From Corallochytrium limacisporum Hawaii (lineage: Eukaryota; Protista; Pluriformea), in NCBI GenBank assembly GCA_002811645.1, contig PDIP01000259.1:1-64000 (forward strand): a stretch of 64,000 nt of DNA. Reading direction: 5' to 3'. The translations under genes and the position numbers were made by a program. Of this stretch, positions 56,399 to 64,000 are shown in pieces. Each line of letters begins with the position of its first letter. Within the stretch, counting starts at the first letter, position 1. The notes beneath the pieces are model-generated. The model was not told the origin of the DNA. It worked only from the letters and a program-made list of their open reading frames with translations, and did no database searches.

Positions 56399-56902
56399 TT
56401 AGTCCACATCGATTGCTGAGTCGCGGGTAGGCATGATATTCTTGCTGCCGTCCGCCACGTTCTCTCCTATCCACTTCATGTACGCACCATGGCCAGCCAC
56501 AATGGGAATTCCTATGATCTCTGGAACATCATAAGGATGAACAGAAATTATCTCGTGTTCCAGCTCATCAAATCTTCCTAGATCTGTCTTGATCGTCAGT
56601 TGATACTCGCCCTCTTTCTCGTTCTTGCCTTGCCACATATAGGAGCTTGTGACCGGGTAGATGTTGCAACATGCAGCCAGCTGCTTTTCCAAAAGATGTT
56701 GCGCAACCTTTTCTGCATCATCTTTGGTTGGTGCGGTCACAAAGACCATGCCGTACTGTCTGCCACCCCTAGTCATTGTGGTGTTTTTGCGGATCATACA
56801 AATGACTCCTTGGGTGCAATCTCGGTAGCTACGATGACAAGACTGGGTGTGGATACCCTTTAGATGCCAACTAAACACTCTCGTTCGCACTATTCCGATC
56901 AT
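56399..56902 (-). CDS. CUTA: CutA divalent-cation tolerance protein
   Basis: 'VTAPT..A..LLEKQLAACCNI..SSYMWQG..IKT..HPYDVPEII..Y.KWI'. An alternative start lies at 56776. Confidence 0.95.
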   Translation of the reverse strand: MIGIVRTRVFSWHLKGIHTQSCHRSYRDCTQGVICMIRKNTTMTRGGRQYGMVFVTAPTKDDAEKVAQHLLEKQLAACCNIYPVTSSYMWQGKNEKEGEYQLTIKTDLGRFDELEHEIISVHPYDVPEIIGIPIVAGHGAYMKWIGENVADGSKNIMPTRDSAIDVD

Positions 56903-57678
56903 TCAGCTTACTGGCGGACGAAGAACCAGCTCAATCTTCAGTGAAAACGAGCACCCATCATCTGGCTACAGCCCATTGAGTACCTTGCGGACCTCTCAAA
57001 GTAGAATATCATCATATTGTGATCCTTAGTCATCCCCGACTTCGGACCTTATCAAGCTGGTAGGTCCAAATTAGTAATATAAGAGGGCGACACGGGCTGC
57101 ACAGAGAAAATAGGCCCCCAATTTATTTTCATTAAAGTGCTGGTTAGGGGAAATGCTACAGAGAGCGCACCTGGGCGGAGATCCCGGGAACGGTTCAAAA
57201 TCTGAACCTTTTACCGACACAAACGGGGCCCGTAAATTGGAATCGCTGCGGTACTGAGAGTACAGGGAAACCCGCTGCTCGATGCTGACCATTTTGCACA
57301 CGGCCGATGACGAATGGGCAGTGGGCTCGTACAACCGAGTGTGCACCCCAACTTGGAGTGTCTGGATCGGTGGCAATCAGTTTCACACGTTCTTGGGGCA
57401 GCTCAATGGATACAGTTCGTTCTTCTCATTTTAGTTGGCAAGTGTGTGCGAGGGCGCCGAAAACGAGGATTGCCATGAGCCAGTCTCTATTCTCCTAACC
57501 ACGTTCGGGTTTTTGTTTAGGCAATGTGTAGGAATTGCTCGTTAGGACACAAACGTAACAGGGGCAAACAACATGTGCGCACATATAACCGCATGGCTAC
57601 TTGAGAAGGAGCAAACGTCTGCGGAAAGGATAAGAGTTTTGTGTTCTGCACCAGTTCTCGTACGGTCCTTGGGCCACA

Positions 57679-59017
57679 ATGTCGCACAAGTGGCCCAGGA
57701 AGTACCATCAACGGTACCACCGCACGGTTTTTGAGCAAATTCAAGACCAACGAGTCCCAAATGATCCATACGGTGCCTTAGGTTTAGTGTAAGTATTGCT
57801 TCATGAGTTCTACTGTGCCGCAGTTTACTCAGTAATTTCTTTATTTTGGTTCTCAGCCCTCTGCTGTCAATCGCCTCATAACTTGGAGTGTTGGTGCCAA
57901 AGAACAGTTTCTGTTCGTCCCCAGACCATTACTTTTGAATCATTGAGGCAGAGTGTGCAAAAGCTGTCTTCTCGTTCTTACCTAAGAGATAGTAGAAAAT
58001 TCTGCAGGCTGAGATCCGTTAGTCAGCGATATTATTTTTGTCACAGATAATCTAACATCCCTTCTTGCTATCTTTCTTCCCTTTTGGCAATACAGAAGTG
58101 ACAACCGTGCCTTATTCAATCTCTCCGAAGGTGAGACCTTGACAGCTTTGGAGCTTGTGTTCCAGCGTCTAGACGCATTTACCCTTGCTAAAGCAGCGCA
58201 GGTATGTCGCTACTGGCACCGGCTCGCTAGGGACAACCGGCTCTGGAATGAACTTGTGTACCGGCGATTTGGATTGCGTAAGAATGCAAATTTGAGAGTA
58301 CTTGGCATGGACTCCTGGGCCCAGCTCTACAAGGAATGGTCCATTGATTGCCGCATGCCCCTCCATATCCGTGGCAAGGGTAGCGATGGCGTCAGTTTTG
58401 CACGAGGTTGCAATCGCAGTCGGAGTGTCTTTGTGTGGGCCACTGTGAATCACACGGCCAACTGTCAGCTCCGCAGTATTCCTGATGACCCTGGGAGGGC
58501 TTACATTAGTATTGTCGTGGTTCTACAGAACACTCTTGCTGAAGCTGTGTATTTCCATCTCGAGGACATCTGGCTCAAGCGAAAGGACGACCAGTACATA
58601 GAACCATTCTTGTTCGACGGCAAAAGCTGTGGGTCAGTAACGCACCATGCACTAGGGCCCAAAGTTTTTGTCGCAAAGATTGCCCAGTATATAACTATGA
58701 CGGAAAGTCAGCTGCAGAAAGGCATCCGTCTAGACTACATGCAACCGCAGTGCGTGCTCATGAACTTCCCGGTCTATGATTCTGCATATGAGGCCCAGGC
58801 CTTGGACCATTTCTCTAGATTCGGTGTCTATGTGTGCTTCAAAGATCCCCGATTCACTGTAGATGAAATGGAAGGTCTGCCACTCGAAGCATCGATAGAC
58901 GGCGAGAGAAAGGACCTCCTGGTCGCAGACTTTCGTGAAAAGGTCATCTTTGACCACTATACGCGTCTCCCTGGAGATTTCTGGGTGTTTAATGAGCATG
59001 CCAACCAGGGTGAGTAG
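57679..59017 (+). CDS. F-box protein, two exons (57679-57788 and 58096-59017)
   Basis: F-box 'LELVFQRLDAFTLAKAAQVCRYWHRLARDNRLW'. The ORF has no ATG before the F-box. An upstream exon (cacaATG at 57679) joins in frame across a GTAAGT..CTAAC..polypyrimidine..TACAG intron. Confidence 0.8.
57789..58095 (+). other. Spliceosomal GT-AG intron (307 nt, phase 2)
   Basis: GTAAGT donor, CTAAC at 58052-58056, long polypyrimidine tract and CAG acceptor; removal gives a continuous reading frame. Confidence 0.75.
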
Positions 59018-59779
59018 CGCAGGCTGCCTGCTCTTTTCATATTTCCATATCAACATCGCACACATACCGCATCATTACCATCATCGTCCACATCCATCCA
59101 TATCGTCCATACCATAGTCACAACATTTCCGTATACATACACGCGTACACCATAAATATAGTCCTTTGGATTCGTCTCATTCTTTCTGCTGTAGAAGGAT
59201 CGACTGACAATGCGCAAAAAGACCCTCCGCTTGACCAAAACCCATCATCATAGTCATCGTCCGCGGCATCAATGGACTCCGGTCGTCCGAACGTACAAAA
59301 ACCCGTCCCCCACTCGAGCCTGCAAGGGTGGGGGTGGCAAAAGTGCCCGTGCTCATATATTTCTCTACGGGCACGCAAACCCAGAATCGGCACTTTTTTG
59401 GTAGTGTACCGCCGTACACGGCAGCTTTGCTTTCTTCTGGGTGGTGGTCGGGAAGTAAAGGCGGGGTGGGCGCGAAATTTCCCCGGCCCGATGCGCCCCG
59501 GGTGTATGTGGGTCTGACACGGGGGCCGGTATAGACGAGTCTCACGGGGCGTGCTATGTTGGGGTCACGAAAGAAAAACGTCAGCAGTCGCCGCTCGGCT
59601 GGCTCATTTTGAGCAGGTAGTTCTGACTGTTTGGCCAGAAACAAGTCTCTCAAGAAACTGACGAATGAAATCTTCCTGACTTTGAGCTTATAGTGGGATG
59701 TGAAATATTAAATGATGACCCGATGGGGTGCTTTGACCGTAAGCAATAGACTGAAGCGGAATACAAGGTTCCAACAGCC

Positions 59780-62515
59780 ATGAGTTTGGAAAGTCCGCGC
59801 AGGAAACACTGCACGTTGCACTTGTGTGCAATCGCATCCTTGAACTGGACTGCTGGTATTATCGTAATGGACCGCACAGATTCAAGGGTGAATTCGATCA
59901 ATAGGGAGTTCGGGTTAGACCTGAAGACGTGTGTTGAGGAAGCGGAATTGATTTCGCGGCGTGGGGGCATCGATTTCCTGGTCATTGCCAGTGGAAAGGA
60001 AAATCGATTTGTTCTAGGTGCTGATATTAGCAGTCAGCTGCCTTATCATACACCAGAGGAGTTCAGTGAAGCAATCAGTTCCCTTCAGACGATTCTGAAT
60101 AAGATTGAAGACATCGGAGTTCCCACGTTTGCAGTCATCAATGGCGAGGCACTTGGCGGTGGTTTGGAGATTGCCATGGCTTGTGATTACCGGCTAGTTG
60201 ACCAGAGTGTGACTCAGCTTGGGTTGCCGGAGGCAAAACTTGGTTTAGTTCCTGGAGTTGGTGGATGCACCCGCCTACCTCGCTTCTGCGGATTCTACAC
60301 GGGGGTAACCATGTGCGTAACAGGTAAGATTGTGACTGCTCGGGAGGCTAAGGAATTGGGACTTGTCACGGCGCTTCTAGAACCAGGCAGAGCTCAGGCC
60401 AAACGGATAGTGTCTTCTCCGCGTGGCAGCGCCATTCAGACTATCGACGGGGAACGGGTGAGCACGGTCAGCCTTGCTGATGTTATTGCTGGCGATGGTA
60501 ACTCGAACAAGCAAATTCACTATGAGTTCCGCTTTGTTTCCGAGCTCAGTGCGTTGCTCAGGACGGGAAGCAGGTATCGTAAGCCCCTAGGCTGGCGTGG
60601 CAAGTTTCCCTCCCACACGTTCTTCAACACATGGCTGGAACAGCAGTTCTTCAAGGCGATTGTTTTGCGACAGATCGACAATAACACTAAACGCCATTTC
60701 CCTGCCCCTTACATTATTTTGGACTGCTGCCTGAACAGCTGGAATGAGAAGAACAGGGAAGATGCTCAGAAGTATGAAGTGATGAGTTTTTCTTTGGCGG
60801 GCATGACCCACCAGAGCCAAAGCCTGATCCACATCTTTAGCAAGTCTCGCTCGCTGAAACGCTTTGCGGTCGAGTTCGGAGCTCCTTGGGAGCCAACAAA
60901 GCCGCTCACCACTGAAGAGAAGACGGCCAAGGGGTTGCACAAGATGCCCAAGGTTGATGGCGTTGTTGTTTTGGGAACATCTACAGAAAGTGTATTTATG
61001 GTATACCACGCACTGTCGCGTCGGAACATGGAAGTTGTACTCATGACCACACCGGGCGACAAGACTGACCTTCATGATCTACTAAATAAGGTGCGTGCAA
61101 TGTGGGAACCAATGCTCAAGCGCAAGAAAATTACAGGAAATGAAATGGAGGCCCGGTTGGCAGCCGTCCAAACCCTTGAAATACCTTCGCAATTGGATAC
61201 TGCTACGAAGCTTTTTGAGGAATCAAGGTACTATGGAAAGGCATATGTGGTAGTGGAAAGTAGCAGACACATTACTGGTTACGCTGGATACGTAATCCAG
61301 GCGCTGGAGAAGGCGGGTGCTGATGCGTGCAGCATGATCTTGTCCATTGGTCCCTCGACGCAGTCACTGATGGGAATGTCCGAAGAAATTCGCGCAGCAG
61401 ACGTTTCGGGCTCTGTGAATCTAGACTCGAATGTGTGCAGCCTCATCAGCGAGAAGAGCCCCATTGCAGAGATTGCCTGTCGTTCTGACAGTGACATAGA
61501 GACGGTGATCACAAATCGAAGACGGTGTGCCATCTTGGCGCAGAAGATTGGCAAAATGCCCGTAGTCCACTTTGGGGACAGCATGTTGACTGCTCGACTA
61601 GCCTGTTCGTACTTCGACACTGCCATCCGTCTCACCCGTGGCAGCGATGCCGTGACCACCATGCAAAGCCTGGATCGAATGCTCATGGATGCCGGATTCG
61701 TTATGGGTCCGTTCGCCATGATGGATAGTCTAGGGCTCGTCCCCTGCATGCGAATGGCCCGGCGTATCCTTCCTGGCAGTGCACTCTGCTCTGTTTTGGA
61801 AACGCTCACTACTTCTGTGACTGTTGATGGTCAGGCCGGCAAAAAGAGCGGTCGTGGATTTTATGTCTACAACGAGAAGGGACGAATTCGGAACGGTAAC
61901 CAGGAGGTCGAGAAGGCCGGCCTTAAGGCCGGCGACCATCGCAAGAAGAAACAGAAGAAGACGAAGACGAAGCATCCAAGCAACCGCGAGATCGTAGATG
62001 TGGTCAACTTTGCCGTTGCTGAAGTGGGTCTGAAGATCGCTATCAAGGAAGCGGAACAGGGCGGTGACCTTGAGTCCCTTCTTAGCATGGTTGATGTTGT
62101 GGGGACCATGGCACTGGCCATGTCACCGGCGACTGGAGGTCCATGCTTCTACGGAGACGCAGTCGGCCGCAAGGAAGTCAAAACCCGTCTCTACAGCTTT
62201 GCCCGACGCATTGAGGCCATTGCAAACGAAGAGCTACCCGGTAGCCCCCGCGCAAGCCAGTACAGCGCCGACACCACGGACGCTGAGCCTCAGAATGCAA
62301 CCGCACAGTGGGTGCGCAAACTCTTCAACAATGAAATCGACCGCGCATTTTATCACGACGACCACGAATGTCACCAACGTGCGGTGCCGTATCCGTTGAA
62401 ACACTCCGTGATGAGCATCTGGATCCAGCTCAGCTTGATCATCGCGCTTGTTGTGGCCTTCCTCACTGCCCTGGTTTTGGTTTCCGTTTCGGATGTGCGT
62501 TCGGACTGGCAGTAG
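59780..62515 (+). CDS. HADHA/FadJ-like enoyl-CoA hydratase fused to a degenerate 3-hydroxyacyl-CoA dehydrogenase, with C-terminal TM helix
   Basis: Crotonase motifs GADI, GGGLEIAMACDYR and LPEAKLGLVPGVGG. HAD C-domain motifs 'MGPFAMMDSLG' and 'GKKSGRGFY' are present, but the Rossmann GxGxxG is absent. Confidence 0.88.
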   Translation: MSLESPRRKHCTLHLCAIASLNWTAGIIVMDRTDSRVNSINREFGLDLKTCVEEAELISRRGGIDFLVIASGKENRFVLGADISSQLPYHTPEEFSEAISSLQTILNKIEDIGVPTFAVINGEALGGGLEIAMACDYRLVDQSVTQLGLPEAKLGLVPGVGGCTRLPRFCGFYTGVTMCVTGKIVTAREAKELGLVTALLEPGRAQAKRIVSSPRGSAIQTIDGERVSTVSLADVIAGDGNSNKQIHYEFRFVSELSALLRTGSRYRKPLGWRGKFPSHTFFNTWLEQQFFKAIVLRQIDNNTKRHFPAPYIILDCCLNSWNEKNREDAQKYEVMSFSLAGMTHQSQSLIHIFSKSRSLKRFAVEFGAPWEPTKPLTTEEKTAKGLHKMPKVDGVVVLGTSTESVFMVYHALSRRNMEVVLMTTPGDKTDLHDLLNKVRAMWEPMLKRKKITGNEMEARLAAVQTLEIPSQLDTATKLFEESRYYGKAYVVVESSRHITGYAGYVIQALEKAGADACSMILSIGPSTQSLMGMSEEIRAADVSGSVNLDSNVCSLISEKSPIAEIACRSDSDIETVITNRRRCAILAQKIGKMPVVHFGDSMLTARLACSYFDTAIRLTRGSDAVTTMQSLDRMLMDAGFVMGPFAMMDSLGLVPCMRMARRILPGSALCSVLETLTTSVTVDGQAGKKSGRGFYVYNEKGRIRNGNQEVEKAGLKAGDHRKKKQKKTKTKHPSNREIVDVVNFAVAEVGLKIAIKEAEQGGDLESLLSMVDVVGTMALAMSPATGGPCFYGDAVGRKEVKTRLYSFARRIEAIANEELPGSPRASQYSADTTDAEPQNATAQWVRKLFNNEIDRAFYHDDHECHQRAVPYPLKHSVMSIWIQLSLIIALVVAFLTALVLVSVSDVRSDWQ

Positions 62516-63923
62516 TACAGATGTTCTGAATGATTTCAATCTTTTTTTTTTCACTAAATTTCGCCATGCCTTTTAGTTGAGTCCGTACATTACTGTTGAG
62601 ACACCATTTTGAGAGGCGTAAAGCATACCGCTAGTGCCTACCGCCATTTCACTACTGGATTACCTTTCCTATCCATAGGCTGAGGTCATCGTCACCATAA
62701 TCAAGATCAAACCTCATCAGTAACATCGTCATCACTGTCAGACAACTGTTTGGTTGGCTTTTTTAGCAGCCATTCAGTGTAGGGCCATGGTGGTCGCATG
62801 TTTCCGCATACGCAACAGATTCTCCCATCGGTTCCTACAATTTCTTCGCGACTACGACACCCTTTGCCCACAACGATGGAATCCAATTCACAACCATCGT
62901 CATACGCTTTTCCGAGAACCAAACGGATCAAAAGCGTCTGCAGACAAAACAAAGGGACAGCCACCAGAATCCGCCGTCCACATGACCCAAACAAACAGAC
63001 ACCGCATCATCAGGACTCCAAGTTGCTTTGGATCCCTGTGCGTGTGCACACTGCTACATGCATCGGTTCATTCACCAACGACTCCCCGAGAGAAAGCAGA
63101 GGCGCACGCACGATCGGACCACACACACGGAGTGCCCGCTACGTCACTCGAATCAAAGGGAAAAACAAACCAAGCCGAACATAATCCCACTCCCCGTTTC
63201 TACTTGCTTTCCCAACGGCCCAGATAATCCAACCGAAATTGAAATCAGAAGAGTGCCTAGCAGGCTAGGCCACCCGGTGGGTTTTTTTCTTTTGTTTTTG
63301 TTATTTTCAAAATCTCCCTTCCGTTACTACACCTCACCTCTCAACTGCTGACACATTGCGCTCCACCACACTACCTGCTGCCATTACACTTTGTCAGCTG
63401 TATTTGTTGTCCTTTACTGTTCCTCTTCTTTATTGGCGATTCTTCTCTGCAAGAAAAAAAAAATGGTTAACACCGTCCCGCGAAGAAAGACCCAAATAGA
63501 GAGAAATGAAATAATCAACGGACCCAGCTGCCCAGAAGCGAATGGCCGGCGCGACGTAAGGAAAAAAAAAAGGACGCAAAACAAGCCACCGCCCCCCCGG
63601 GGAAGGGGGGGGCGGTTTGTTGCCTCCGCAGAGAGGCCATTCGGGCTTTCAGCTCCCAGCCACCTTCACAACGGGTATCTTAGCTCTGTATGTGTCCACC
63701 CGTGGCGGAATTGGGATGAATACTTCAGTATATTTAGTACTAAGAAATGACATAATCGATGGACCGGCCCCATGGGACCTACCGGAGACAATTGCCCAAC
63801 TCCCCCTATTTTTAGGAGCAACGGCCGCCGCACAACAATGCCAGGGGGGAGTGTGTCCTTGTTGCCATGCCCGGTGCTTCCAGTAGTGAATGTACCACGC
63901 TTGCGCTTTTCCTTGCTCGGGGC

Positions 63924-63933
63924 CTATTTATAG
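63924..63933. promoter_or_regulatory. CTATTTATAG, TATA-like / MEF2-type site, probably for a gene beyond the window edge
   Basis: Identical to 9553-9562 and, like it, follows a long low-complexity region. Confidence 0.35.
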
Positions 63934-64000
63934 CCCGTCGGCTCGGTTCTCCCCCACCGGCCCAGGGCAACTTTTCCCTTTTGCTTCAGTGTGTACTCAA

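Noticed and set aside
57796-58050. 84-aa ORF inside the F-box intron as a possible extra exon
   Set aside because: The available splice sites give out-of-frame joins or immediate stops.
59712-59754. C/D box-like ATGATGA ... CTGA
   Set aside because: Too short for a snoRNA and no terminal stem or guide identified. The ATGATGA at 40754 has no matching D box.
62707-62994. Cys-rich 95-aa ORF resembling a secreted peptide
   Set aside because: No in-frame ATG before the hydrophobic part, an in-frame stop just upstream, and no upstream exon found.

Overview
Gene-dense eukaryotic DNA with about 25 protein genes whose coding regions are almost all intronless. The animal-like SNAP-25, SLX4, SETD3, TIPIN and PA-TM-RING genes suggest a unicellular holozoan (inference; Corallochytrium-like given the intron-poor CDSs). 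Gene order: Nup88-like, POLK, NOP2, sterol oxidase-like, SRPBCC, HSL-family hydrolase, PA-RING E3 ligase, SNAP-25, STE20/MAP4K kinase, TMEM87, CDIN1-like nuclease, OSCA/TMEM63, histone H4, histone H2B, PEBP, HGD, paladin-like, TIPIN, PES1, an unknown protein, SLX4-like, SETD3, CutA, a spliced F-box gene and a degenerate HADHA/FadJ-like protein. I found no rRNA, tRNA, CRISPR array or intact mobile element. Main non-obvious signals: (1) the divergent H4 and H2B genes share a 20-bp promoter element and three 3'-UTR elements, with no metazoan histone stem-loop; (2) candidate introns cluster just upstream of start codons; (3) E2F-type sites lie near S-phase/repair genes, and a separate motif pair is shared by NOP2 and PES1; (4) several proteins have unusual domain architectures. 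All protein identities come from motif recognition by eye, not from database searches.
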